Shown: positions 29,320 through 37,821 of the stretch, piece after piece
How the letters are laid out: each line of letters begins with the position of its first letter
Position numbering within the stretch: the stretch's first letter is position 1
From: Escherichia coli
GTDB taxonomy: Bacteria > Pseudomonadota > Gammaproteobacteria > Enterobacterales > Enterobacteriaceae
Assembly: GCF_030013205.1 (NCBI RefSeq)
Contig: NZ_CP122648.1
Length of the DNA: 64,000 nucleotides
Reading direction: 5' to 3' (one strand)
Notes under the pieces: generated by a model
What the model saw: only the letters and a program-made list of their open reading frames with translations
Told to the model about the DNA's origin: nothing
Databases searched by the model: none
Position numbers and translations under genes: made by a program

Positions 29320-30534
29320 ATGCTGCTTTCAGACCTTGCCATCAGGCGCGCGAAGCCGAAAGAAAAGGCTTATACACTCAATGACGGTAACGGGCTTTCG
29401 TTGCTCATTGAGCCGAACGGTTCGAAAGGGTGGCGACTGCGCTACAGGTTTGCAGGAAAGCCCAAAATGTTGTCGTTGGGTGTGTACCCTGATGTGTCTC
29501 TGTCTGATGCCAGGGCGGCAAGGGATGAGGCTAAAAGGCTTCTTGCTGGTGGTATAAATCCAAGTGAGGCCAGAAAAGCCCAAAAGCGAGAACAGGCGAG
29601 CAAATTTGGCAATACTTTTGAGGGTATTGCTCGCGAATGGTACGAAAAGCGGATCGACAGGTGGTCATCGTCATACGCCGAGGAAATGATCGAGACGTTT
29701 GAAAAAGATGTTTTTCCGTACATTGGCGGTAGGCCGATCGCAGAAATTAAGCCGATGGAATTGCTGGCGGTTCTTTCCCGTCTTAATGACCGTGGTGCGA
29801 CTGAAAAATTGCGTAAGGTTCGCCAGCGATGCGGCGAGGTGTTCCGGTACGCAATCATCACCGGACGCGCCGAATATAATCCAGCCCCTGACCTGGTGAG
29901 CGCATTTGCTCCACATAAAAAAGAGCATTACGCCTATTTGAAGGCCGACGAACTGCCGGAATTTTTCCGCGTTTTTAATACGTACACCGGAAGCCAGATC
30001 GTCAAACTGGCAATGCGGCTATTAATTCTGACAGGTGTCAGACCCGGGGAATTACGGCAGGCAGAATGGCAGGAGATCGATTTTGATAATCGTTTGTGGG
30101 AAGTGCCTAAAGAACGAATGAAGATGCGCCGTCCGCATTGTGTGCCATTACCAGAACAGGCGATAAAAATACTGGAGCAGTTAAAAAACATGACAGGCCA
30201 GTATCAGTTTATTTTCCCCGGTCGTATTCGCCACAGTAAGCCAATGAGTGAAATGGCGATGAATGTGCTCATTCGTCGTATCGGCTATGCCGGGCGCGTT
30301 ACTGGTCATGGATTCCGGCACACCATGAGCACCATTTTGCATGAGCAGGGCTATAACACTGCGTGGATAGAAACGCAGCTCGCGCACGTCGATAAAAACT
30401 CAATTCGTGGCACGTACAACCATGCGCAATATCTGGACGGGCGGCGGGAAATGCTTCAGTGGTACGCTGATTATATGGATTCGCTCGAGCATGGCGGAAA
30501 TGTGGTGCATGGTGAGTTCGGAAAATGCGGGTGA
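29320..30534 (+). CDS. int: tyrosine integrase, P4-like
   Basis: ORF 29281..30534. The ATG at 29320 follows a GGAG. The N-terminus MLLSDLAIRRAKPKEKAYTLNDGNGL is typical of P4-type integrases. The catalytic region contains GVRPGELRQ, HGFRHT and RGTYNH. Confidence 0.9.
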   Translation: MLLSDLAIRRAKPKEKAYTLNDGNGLSLLIEPNGSKGWRLRYRFAGKPKMLSLGVYPDVSLSDARAARDEAKRLLAGGINPSEARKAQKREQASKFGNTFEGIAREWYEKRIDRWSSSYAEEMIETFEKDVFPYIGGRPIAEIKPMELLAVLSRLNDRGATEKLRKVRQRCGEVFRYAIITGRAEYNPAPDLVSAFAPHKKEHYAYLKADELPEFFRVFNTYTGSQIVKLAMRLLILTGVRPGELRQAEWQEIDFDNRLWEVPKERMKMRRPHCVPLPEQAIKILEQLKNMTGQYQFIFPGRIRHSKPMSEMAMNVLIRRIGYAGRVTGHGFRHTMSTILHEQGYNTAWIETQLAHVDKNSIRGTYNHAQYLDGRREMLQWYADYMDSLEHGGNVVHGEFGKCG

Positions 30535-30662
30535 CTGGTTGAGTATACAGTAGTAGACTTTGAGCGACGAAAGAAAAGGCTGTGTCTAGGGTCGCTCCCG
30601 AAAATCCGTACACCTCGACGGACTGGTACAGCCACTACAGTAGAGGACGCTGAGGTGTGCGT

Positions 30663-31460
30663 ATGATTGATATTCATGCCGAATTAAACGAATACAAAAA
30701 AGATTTTATTTCTTTACGTGAATTTCTTGAGGTCGTGCTTAAGGTCGCTGGTGATGATTATGATGTTTCAGATGTCATAACTTGGATACTCAGGAGAATA
30801 AGCGGAGAACATATCCGCCTGTACACAGTAAATGAATTTAAGCTGTTGGAATCTTTTTGTAACCCGTATCGGGATGAATTTGATAATGATGTTCTTTATA
30901 GAAATCTGAATGCGGTTCGGAAACGTGGTTGTTTACCTGGTGAGAGGGATGAAAATGGTTTTCTGGTGTCCGGTTATTGGGAAGATCCCGAATTTGAGAA
31001 CATTGGATTTATAAGGGGTGAAATTTTCGCAATTTTTCCCGATGTCCTTGACGCGTTAACGAAGCTGGAAGGCGCTAACTCTTCTGAAAATGACGAGGCA
31101 CAAGGACGCGATATTGAAAAGAAAGAGTTGCGTACAGAGGATGATTTATTATCCCAAATCGCAATGCTGGAAAAAGAAAACGCAGAGTTAAGGGCAAGGA
31201 TAGAGCAGTTAGAGCAAGAGCGCCCGATACACTTATATAAATACTGGGATAAAGACCCATTAGCTAAGGCTATTGAGATTAGAAACAGAGAGTGGGCCAA
31301 TTACGATCCAGAAAATGATTTTGCCACCAGGGGAAATCAAGAAGCGATAACCAGGGAGCTTAAGCAGTGGGGGGCAAGTAATGCACTTGCAACGCTCATA
31401 GAGAGGACTGCCTGCCCTATTAACCGAGACAACAGCCAAAAGAACGCAAAGCCGGATTAA
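30663..31460 (+). CDS. hypothetical protein (265 aa) with C-terminal coiled coil; cargo position between int and alpA
   Basis: ORF 30657..31460. The ATG at 30663 lies 7 nt after GAGG. I recognise no domain. There is a heptad-like segment, LLSQIAMLEKENAELRARIEQLEQE. Confidence 0.6.
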   Translation: MIDIHAELNEYKKDFISLREFLEVVLKVAGDDYDVSDVITWILRRISGEHIRLYTVNEFKLLESFCNPYRDEFDNDVLYRNLNAVRKRGCLPGERDENGFLVSGYWEDPEFENIGFIRGEIFAIFPDVLDALTKLEGANSSENDEAQGRDIEKKELRTEDDLLSQIAMLEKENAELRARIEQLEQERPIHLYKYWDKDPLAKAIEIRNREWANYDPENDFATRGNQEAITRELKQWGASNALATLIERTACPINRDNSQKNAKPD

Positions 31461-31475
31461 CGCACCATACCGCAT

Positions 31476-31618
31476 ACCCTGAGGGTGATTTACTGTTACC
31501 CTGAGGGTATTTTTTTATCTTCCCCGTCAATTTTACCATCACCCTTAGGGTAGATTTCCTCCCGATTACCATCACCCTTAGGGTAGATTTCCTTCCGGTA
31601 ACCATTAGGCCTGAGGGT
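31476..31618. promoter_or_regulatory. five phased 11-bp palindromes ACCCT(G/T)AGGGT (operator array) upstream of alpA
   Basis: Boxes lie at 31476-86, 31498-508, 31541-51, 31574-84 and 31608-18 (the last reads GGCCTGAGGGT). Centre spacings are 22, 43, 33 and 34 bp. Boxes 3 and 4 sit inside a 33-bp tandem duplication (31535-31567 / 31568-31600). Confidence 0.7.
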
Positions 31619-31687
31619 ATGAAAATATTCGTTATTTCTGTGCCATGATTACCTCGTCAAATTGAGTAGACGTTATGAGGTAAATAT

Positions 31688-31885
31688 ATGTCAAATACGC
31701 TTATTCGTTTAACAGAAGTTCAGCGTAGAACTGGATATAGCAAGGCATGGATTTATCGCCTTATGGGGCAAGGTAAATTTCCTGCATCAGTTAAAATTGG
31801 CTCGCGAGCTATTGCTTTCGTTGAGAGTGAAATTGACGAGTGGATTAATCAGCGTATTGCGGAATCACGCGGAACAGCTACCTGA
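31688..31885 (+). CDS. alpA: AlpA-family transcriptional regulator/excisionase-like HTH protein
   Basis: 65 aa. The sequence LIRLTEVQRRTGYSKAWIYRLMGQGKFPASVKIGSRAIAFVESEIDEWI is a classic AlpA/Xis MerR-like HTH. Confidence 0.85.
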   Translation: MSNTLIRLTEVQRRTGYSKAWIYRLMGQGKFPASVKIGSRAIAFVESEIDEWINQRIAESRGTAT

Positions 31886-31962
31886 TTAAATGGCTACGGG
31901 GCTATTGCCCCCAGCTATCCACCAGCAAATAAAAGTAACTTAATTCGATAGCAGGAGTTTTT

Positions 31963-32763
31963 ATGAAATTTCCAAAAACGCCCGTACAGGGGCGGGGCTT
32001 CGTTCGGCCTGAAAACCAGAATCTGCAAAATTTCGGCGAAATTATCCCGATTATTTCCGGCGTTATTGGCGGGAGTGAAACCACTATTGTTAGCGCCAGA
32101 GCGTTACATAAGGCGTTAGGTGTAGGGCGCGTTTTCCGTTCGTGGATCAAGGGGCGCATTGAAGAATATGGGTTCACGGAAGGCGTGGATTATAAGGTTG
32201 TTGAATATTTGAGCCGACCCGATCCGGTGAGCGCAAAATCTCGCCAGCAAACCGCTCTTGAGTACATCATCACAGTGAACATGGCGAAAGAACTGGCGAT
32301 GGTCGAACGTACCGAACAGGGCCGCGCCGTTCGCCAGTACTTTATCAAATGCGAGGAGGAGCTACACAAGGTTGCGCCTGTTCGTTCCGCAGCGTTACGC
32401 CGGGAACTGAAAGCCCGTATCACAGTTGCCAGCTACTTTAAGCCAATGTGTGCCGCGCTGGAGGCGTACCGGGCTGAACTGGGTAAAAACACACTCCAGC
32501 ACCACTACACCACGGAAGCGAACATGCTGGCGCGTATCGTGCTGGGTGGCATGACTGCAAAACAGTGGGCACTGGCGAACGGCATTACAGGCGAACCACG
32601 CGACCACATGAGCACGTTGCAGCTTGAGCACCTTTCTTACCTTGAGCAGAGCAATATCACGCTGATTGAGTTAGGCCAGGACTACCACCAGCGGAAGGCT
32701 GAATTAATTCGTCTTTCGCAGCGTTGGTTAGCCCGTCGCATGGAGGAAAACAGCCATGTGTAA
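31963..32763 (+). CDS. phage antirepressor-like protein (AntA/Bro-N type N-terminus, KilAC-like C-terminus)
   Basis: 266 aa. The segment VSARALHKALGVGRVFRSWIKGRIEEYGFTEGVDYKV matches the antirepressor N-terminal domain pattern. Confidence 0.65.
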   Translation: MKFPKTPVQGRGFVRPENQNLQNFGEIIPIISGVIGGSETTIVSARALHKALGVGRVFRSWIKGRIEEYGFTEGVDYKVVEYLSRPDPVSAKSRQQTALEYIITVNMAKELAMVERTEQGRAVRQYFIKCEEELHKVAPVRSAALRRELKARITVASYFKPMCAALEAYRAELGKNTLQHHYTTEANMLARIVLGGMTAKQWALANGITGEPRDHMSTLQLEHLSYLEQSNITLIELGQDYHQRKAELIRLSQRWLARRMEENSHV

Positions 32764-32778
32764 CGCTCTGACCGTTAC

Positions 32779-32809
32779 AAAAAGAAAAAGCGCCCCGTTG
32801 CCGGAGCGC
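32779..32809 (-). terminator. intrinsic terminator for the leftward RHH operon (also abuts the stop of the antirepressor gene)
   Basis: Stem GCGCCCCG/CGGAGCGC (7 of 8 pairs) with loop TTGC. On the minus strand it is followed by TTTTTCTTTTT. Confidence 0.6.
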
Positions 32810-33069
32810 CTTTGTGAACGAATAGCCTACTGCGCCATATTGCTTACTGTCTACGAGGCAGATTATAGCGTTGTGGTCGCACAGAGTGAAGGCGCTGATC
32901 ACCGTTACTACAGCACACCAGAAATGCAGAATATTTTGCTGCAAAATGTCGTTGGCCACGCTGTCCGGAAAGCAAAAAATTTTGCTGGTGGCGTGACTGA
33001 TACGATTTTTTCTGGTTGCTCGGTGCTGATCAACTTAACCTGGACTTATGTACAACATTGCAACTATTC

Positions 33070-33216
33070 CTACTTTAAGCTGAATGTAACTTTACCTATA
33101 TCATTAGAGGTATGGTCGCGCTTGACCTCAATTTCACCATTTTGTAGCCCTGCTACAAAAAAATATAAAAGTGTCAATGTTGCTGCAATCAGTAACCATT
33201 TTCCAAAAATATACAT
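33070..33216 (-). CDS. possible 48-aa membrane peptide
   Basis: Unlisted small ORF MYIFGKWLLIAATLTLLYFFVAGLQNGEIEVKRDHTSNDIGKVTFSLK. It lies 21 nt downstream of the RHH gene. It has one predicted TM helix and a weak RBS. Confidence 0.3.
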   Translation of the reverse strand: MYIFGKWLLIAATLTLLYFFVAGLQNGEIEVKRDHTSNDIGKVTFSLK

Positions 33217-33237
33217 TCTTGATTTTACCCTTAATCG

Positions 33238-33411
33238 TCAACCTTTTGGCACGATGCCTCGCTGTTGTAATTCTTTGCGGAGCACTCGTTTAATCCAGGT
33301 AGCTAATGAGGTGTCGCCGTCTGCTTTGGCTGCCTCCTCAAGTTGTGCCCTAAATTCTTCTGGTAGCCGCATTTGGTATGGTGGCGATCGTTTTTCTAAT
33401 GGTGTTGACAT
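33238..33411 (-). CDS. ribbon-helix-helix (Arc/MetJ-like) DNA-binding protein, 57 aa
   Basis: Unlisted ORF MSTPLEKRSPPYQMRLPEEFRAQLEEAAKADGDTSLATWIKRVLRKELQQRGIVPKG. It shows a beta-strand then two-helix RHH pattern. GGTAATTACC palindromes overlap its start. Confidence 0.6.
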   Translation of the reverse strand: MSTPLEKRSPPYQMRLPEEFRAQLEEAAKADGDTSLATWIKRVLRKELQQRGIVPKG

Positions 33412-33451
33412 GGTAATTACCCATAATTACTATAGTTACACGGTAATTACC
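33412..33451. promoter_or_regulatory. operator-like palindromes GGTAATTACC x2
   Basis: GGTAATTACC occurs at 33412-33421 and 33442-33451, with a degenerate copy (CATAATTACT) between them. They lie immediately upstream of and overlapping the RHH start codon. Confidence 0.55.
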
Positions 33452-33547
33452 ATTGTACTTACCATTGCAAAAAAAACAACGCCCCGGACTGCGGGAACAG
33501 TACCAGGGCGTCTAACCACCAACGATAGCGAAAGTATCGAGGTAGCT

Positions 33548-33751
33548 ATGATAAATCATACCACACACCCGCAAGGGCGGGACTCGCACAACCTGAATAA
33601 ATACATCTGGCGTTTTATCGCCCTGAGCACGGCACAACCGCGCGTGATTCACATCGAGGCCACCAGCGAACAGGAAGCCCGCCAGCAATCTCCTGATGGC
33701 TGCGTGATGGTATTCGCTGCCCGTATTCGCCAGGAGGTACGCCATGATTAA
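33548..33751 (+). CDS. small protein, possibly Icd-like (P4-family cell-division-inhibitor-like)
   Basis: 67 aa (MINHTTHPQGRDSHNLNKYIWRFIALSTAQPRV..VFAARIRQEVRHD) with GAGG upstream. It is the only plausible part of the listed 331-aa ORF 32756..33751. The family call is from memory only. Confidence 0.4.
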   Translation: MINHTTHPQGRDSHNLNKYIWRFIALSTAQPRVIHIEATSEQEARQQSPDGCVMVFAARIRQEVRHD

Positions 33752-34109
33752 CCTGTCACTTACCGACCTTCACCGCATTCAGTTTGACGAGAAATTTACC
33801 GGGCAGCTACTGGTCCATGTGGAGAACGGGCGCATAGTGCGTAATTACCACCTGCCGGATGGTGCAATTGCCGGAAGCGTTGAAGCATTGCTGGAAATGG
33901 CAGAACGTGCGCGACTGATTAAGCCGTTAACGTGCCATCACGATGATGATCTGCATTTTACCGGACGCATGGTGAGCCATTATGAAAACGGCGTTGAGGT
34001 ATCCCGCGAACGTCTGCGTGATGATTGCTGTTTCGGCACATTGCCGGAATTTATCGAATTGCTGACCGATTGCGGTTATCAGGTAATTCAGAGCAAGACG
34101 CAGGAGTAA
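33744..34109 (+). CDS. hypothetical protein (121 aa)
   Basis: ATGA overlap with the preceding gene. No recognisable motif. Confidence 0.55.
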   Translation: MINLSLTDLHRIQFDEKFTGQLLVHVENGRIVRNYHLPDGAIAGSVEALLEMAERARLIKPLTCHHDDDLHFTGRMVSHYENGVEVSRERLRDDCCFGTLPEFIELLTDCGYQVIQSKTQE

Positions 34110-34115
34110 AAAACC

Positions 34116-34406
34116 ATGAAAAAGAAAAATTCTGGCTTTACTGCCAGCGGCCCCGCTCGGCCTGAAATCAAACACGGCGATATTTACCGCGACACCAGAC
34201 GTGGGGGACGAGTGGTTATTCGTCACGTTACGCCAGGCAATATCACCTACCGCCGTGAGGCTTACGAATATGACTGCGTAATGCCGCGCCGTCAGTTTGA
34301 GCGTGATTTTATTCTGGTGGAAAACAAACAACAGGCGGTGGCGAGACGTGCAGCCACGAATATTAAAAAAATCCGGGCAATGTTGGTTGCGGGAGGTAAG
34401 AAGTGA
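34116..34406 (+). CDS. hypothetical small basic protein (96 aa)
   Basis: Its stop overlaps the primase start. It occupies a position typical of small accessory genes upstream of P4-type primases. Confidence 0.55.
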   Translation: MKKKNSGFTASGPARPEIKHGDIYRDTRRGGRVVIRHVTPGNITYRREAYEYDCVMPRRQFERDFILVENKQQAVARRAATNIKKIRAMLVAGGKK

Positions 34407-36208
34407 AAAACGCCCCGAATTTAAAATATCAGCCGAAGGATAAATTCACTGAGGTAATCATTTTTGCCGGGACGGATGCTTACGCCCATGCTCAACACTG
34501 GATTGAAAGCGAAGGACGAAAACACGGCGATAACGTACCACCTGTTTACCTGGGGCCGAAGCAACTGGCAGACCTGGCGAACATCCGCATTATCGACGAA
34601 GGGCGCCGCTTTGCGCGTGTCTATATCGCAGGGGAGATCGAACCAATTCAGATCAACGCTATCGCCGAAAAGCTGGCACTGGCTGGCGTACAGGAGGCGA
34701 AATTATACAAAGGCATCACCGACCGGGAGCCGGAGAACTGGCGCGATTACCTGCAACGGATCCGCGAACAGGCAGAGCGCGGGGAAGTTTCAGCGATGAA
34801 ATTAGTCACAAAAAATAGTGACCTACCCAGGCCAGCACTAAATCAGATGGGAGCCAGCCAGAGAGGGGAAGTATTGCTTGAATATTATGGAAGGGCACTG
34901 GCTATAAATGACGATTCTGATGTAGTTCACCATTACAACGGAATTGTCTGGGAGCCTGTATCTGATAAGGAACTCCAGCGGTCTATGGCGAAGATTTTTA
35001 TTGATGCTGGAATCAGTTATTCGCAAAACGCCATTAAATTTGCCGTAGACACAATGAAATTGAGCCTGCCTGTTATGGGCGGGGCAGACAGGAATCTTAT
35101 TGGATTCAGTAACGGGGTATTTGATACCCGGACAGGAAATTTTCGGGAGCATAACAAAAATGACTGGTTGTTAAATGCCAGTGAATTACCGTTCAGCCCA
35201 CCAGCAGAGGGGGAAACGCTGGCAACACATGCGCCGAATTTCTGGAAGTGGCTGCGTCGTTCGGTGGCAAATAACGATCGTAAAGCGGATCGCGTACTGG
35301 CGGCATTATTCATGGTACTGGCGAACCGGTACGACTGGCAGTTATTCCTTGAGGTAACGGGGCCGGGCGGAAGCGGTAAAAGTGTGATGGCGGAGATTTG
35401 TACCATGCTGGCGGGTAAGGCCAATACAGTATCGGCGAGCATGAAGGCGCTGGAAGACGCGAGGGAACGAGCGTTAGTGGTGGGATATTCTCTGATTATC
35501 ATGCCTGACATGACCCGCTACGCAGGTGATGGTGCTGGGATTAAGGCCATTACAGGCGGTGACAAGGTGGCAATCGACCCGAAACATAAAGCCCCCTACT
35601 CCACACGTATTCCGGCGGTAGTGCTGGCAGTAAACAATAACGCCATGTCATTCAGTGATCGCAGTGGAGGGATCTCGCGTCGTAGGGTGATATTTAATTT
35701 CTCTGAGGTCGTACCGGAGAACGAACGCGATCCCATGCTGGTGGAAAAAATAGAAGGCGAACTGGCGGTAGTGATTCGCCATTTGCTTACACGATTTGCC
35801 GACCAGGACGAAGCGAAAAGACTACTTTATGAGCAGCAAAAATCAGAAGAAGCACTGTTAATAAAGCGTGAAGGTGATTCGCTGGTGGACTTCTGCGGTT
35901 ATCTGATGTCGTTGGTTAAATGTGAGGGGATGATAGTAGGTAATGCAGAAATAGTGCCATTTAGCCCGAGGCGATATCTGTATCATGCTTATTTGGCTTA
36001 TATGTCTGCGCATGGTCTGGGAAAACCGGTATCACTGACACGCTTTGGTACAGATATGCCAGGGGCAATGGCTGAGTACGGAAAGGAGTACAAGCGGGCT
36101 AAATGCACTAAAGGTCCAGATAAAGGGCGAACGATCACAAATGTTCTGTTAGATAAAGATGCTGATGGATGGTTACCAGCAGCGGCAGGCATTAACGACA
36201 GAACATGA
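34403..36208 (+). CDS. P4-alpha/D5-type primase-helicase (replication initiator)
   Basis: 601 aa. It has Walker A VTGPGGSGKS and Walker B-like LIIMPD. The overall layout matches the phage/plasmid primase P4-family C-terminal domain. Confidence 0.8.
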   Translation: MKNAPNLKYQPKDKFTEVIIFAGTDAYAHAQHWIESEGRKHGDNVPPVYLGPKQLADLANIRIIDEGRRFARVYIAGEIEPIQINAIAEKLALAGVQEAKLYKGITDREPENWRDYLQRIREQAERGEVSAMKLVTKNSDLPRPALNQMGASQRGEVLLEYYGRALAINDDSDVVHHYNGIVWEPVSDKELQRSMAKIFIDAGISYSQNAIKFAVDTMKLSLPVMGGADRNLIGFSNGVFDTRTGNFREHNKNDWLLNASELPFSPPAEGETLATHAPNFWKWLRRSVANNDRKADRVLAALFMVLANRYDWQLFLEVTGPGGSGKSVMAEICTMLAGKANTVSASMKALEDARERALVVGYSLIIMPDMTRYAGDGAGIKAITGGDKVAIDPKHKAPYSTRIPAVVLAVNNNAMSFSDRSGGISRRRVIFNFSEVVPENERDPMLVEKIEGELAVVIRHLLTRFADQDEAKRLLYEQQKSEEALLIKREGDSLVDFCGYLMSLVKCEGMIVGNAEIVPFSPRRYLYHAYLAYMSAHGLGKPVSLTRFGTDMPGAMAEYGKEYKRAKCTKGPDKGRTITNVLLDKDADGWLPAAAGINDRT

Positions 36209-36236
36209 TACGAAATTTATAAGTTGAAACTTAAAA

Positions 36237-36575
36237 GTAGACGGTTGGTAGACAGATACACTTAACCCTCTACCAACCATCTACTAATTAATGTTTTGAA
36301 TTATATAGGTATTTTTAATGTGGTAGAGAGGTGGGCAGTTATTTCTATATTCCTAAACCACGGGGGGTATATAAAAAAACAGATAGTTAAGGGTTCATTT
36401 TTTAAATTTCTCTTTTAACTGTCTACACTGTCTACCATTTAGTAAAAATCATTAATTATCAATGTATTAATGCGGTAGACAGTTAGTAGACAGTTTGCAG
36501 ATTGTTTTTTTGTTATGAGTTAATAACATTAAATAAATCAATCAATTATATCGGTAGACAGTTGGTAGACAGTTG
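36237..36575. repeat. iteron-type replication origin (GGTAGACAGTT repeats flanking an AT-rich core)
   Basis: Copies are GTAGACGGTTGGTAGACAGA (36237-56); inverted copies CTCTACCAACCATCTAC (36269-85) and CTGTCTACACTGTCTACC (36419-36); GCGGTAGACAGTTAGTAGACAGTT (36472-95); and TCGGTAGACAGTTGGTAGACAGTT (36552-75). The field lies directly downstream of the primase gene. Confidence 0.8.
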
Positions 36576-36580
36576 TAACG

Positions 36581-37123
36581 ATGGGGCAAAGCATGACTAA
36601 GCTGACCATTAACAGAAAACCGAAAGGCATTTATGGCACGCCGCAGAAAACGACGCAGGCGGCACAGGAGCAGGATAAAACCACGTCGGCGCATAAAGTG
36701 ATGCCCGGTAACCAGAAAGCGCAGCAGAAGCCCACAGGGGCGACACCGTGGCGGCATATGACCAAGCGCCAGCGCAAAAACCGCAGGCGCATTAACCGCC
36801 TCACTGAGTTGTGGCCTGAATTATTCAGCCGGGAAGCACCGAAGCCGCTTAAGGTGGGGATATTCGACGACCTGATGCAGGATCTCGCCGTCAGGGGGCT
36901 GGCATTCGGTCCAGGGGCATTGCGTGCGACGCTGGCATCTTATGCACAGTGTCCGCGCTATTACCGCGCCTTAATGGCTGGTGGGGTACGCTACGACCTG
37001 AAAGGCCAGCCGTGCGGCGAGGTGACACCACAGGAACAACAGGACGCAGAAACGCGGCTGGTGGCGCTGAATGAGAAGCGCAAACGTCAGCGCCGGGTAG
37101 CAAAGGAGAAAACAGGCGCATGA
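36581..37123 (+). CDS. ProQ/FinO-domain RNA-binding protein
   Basis: 180 aa. The segment LWPELFSREAPKPLKVGIFDDLMQD..LRATLASYAQCPRYYRALMAGGVRYDLKGQPCGEV parallels the ProQ/FinO fold consensus (PLKIGI..L..AL..Y......Y......G..R.DL.G...G.V). Confidence 0.8.
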   Translation: MGQSMTKLTINRKPKGIYGTPQKTTQAAQEQDKTTSAHKVMPGNQKAQQKPTGATPWRHMTKRQRKNRRRINRLTELWPELFSREAPKPLKVGIFDDLMQDLAVRGLAFGPGALRATLASYAQCPRYYRALMAGGVRYDLKGQPCGEVTPQEQQDAETRLVALNEKRKRQRRVAKEKTGA

Positions 37124-37407
37124 TTCACGACAGCAAAGCGGAAGCACTGGAAGCGCGTGGTCTGTACCGGAGAGCGGCGGCGCGGTGGGCTGAGGTCATC
37201 ATGCTGGCGAATGATGACAAGGCACGGGAACAGGCGGCAAAACGTCGCGCGGAATGTATCCGCAAGGCAGCACGCCCACCAGCACGGCAGGATAATTTCG
37301 GGGAGATGCGCGAAACCATCAGCCGGGCACATGCCGGGATGGGATTACATCAGCCCAATGGTAAGGCATTCAGGAAATACCCTGGATCGAAAAATTGCAG
37401 TCAGTGA
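37120..37407 (+). CDS. PerC-family transcriptional regulator
   Basis: 95 aa. AEALEARGLYRRAAARWAEVIM...RRAECIRKAARPP matches the PerC/Pch signature as I remember it. ATGA overlap with the previous gene. Confidence 0.65.
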   Translation: MIHDSKAEALEARGLYRRAAARWAEVIMLANDDKAREQAAKRRAECIRKAARPPARQDNFGEMRETISRAHAGMGLHQPNGKAFRKYPGSKNCSQ

Positions 37408-37602
37408 CGGAGGCCGGGATTTTTCCCGGCTTTTTTGTGCCAGTAAAAAGCCCGCAGCCAGAAGTGTTGCGGGCTTTGTTTTTCAGGTGATTGAAGTCAA
37501 TGGGAAGAACGCGATCATCATGCGTTATTGTTTCATAAATTGCAATGATGTAGATCGTCATTTCAGTTTGTGCAATCATAATCGTTGTTTTGTTCAGGAG
37601 AT

Positions 37603-37782
37603 ATGACTATGAGAAAAGCCAGCGTGAAACCTGTTTTACTCGCTCGTGATCAGATTGAAGCATTACAGCGCATCCAGGACGAGGAACGCCGCAATTCTCC
37701 GCTGGGGATTGCTCCGAGCATTCATGAGGTCGCCCGGCGTTTAATGCAGCGGGCGCTTTATCCCGTAGAACGTCCGGCCTGA
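37603..37782 (+). CDS. small hypothetical protein (about 57-59 aa; start 37603 or 37609)
   Basis: ORF 37585..37782. GGAG precedes the ATGs. The product MTMRKASVKPVLLARDQIEALQRIQDEERRN.. is possibly RHH-like. Confidence 0.45.
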   Translation: MTMRKASVKPVLLARDQIEALQRIQDEERRNSPLGIAPSIHEVARRLMQRALYPVERPA

Positions 37783-37821
37783 TGGTCGTGATTTTTTGGT
37801 GAAAAAAGAGAGGTGGTAAAA

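Noticed and set aside
32756-33751. Listed 331-aa plus-strand ORF spanning the antirepressor-to-Icd-like interval.
   Set aside because: It runs antisense through a well-formed RHH gene, its operators and a terminator, and it has odd composition and no RBS. Only its last 67 codons (33548-33751, with GAGG upstream) look like a real gene.
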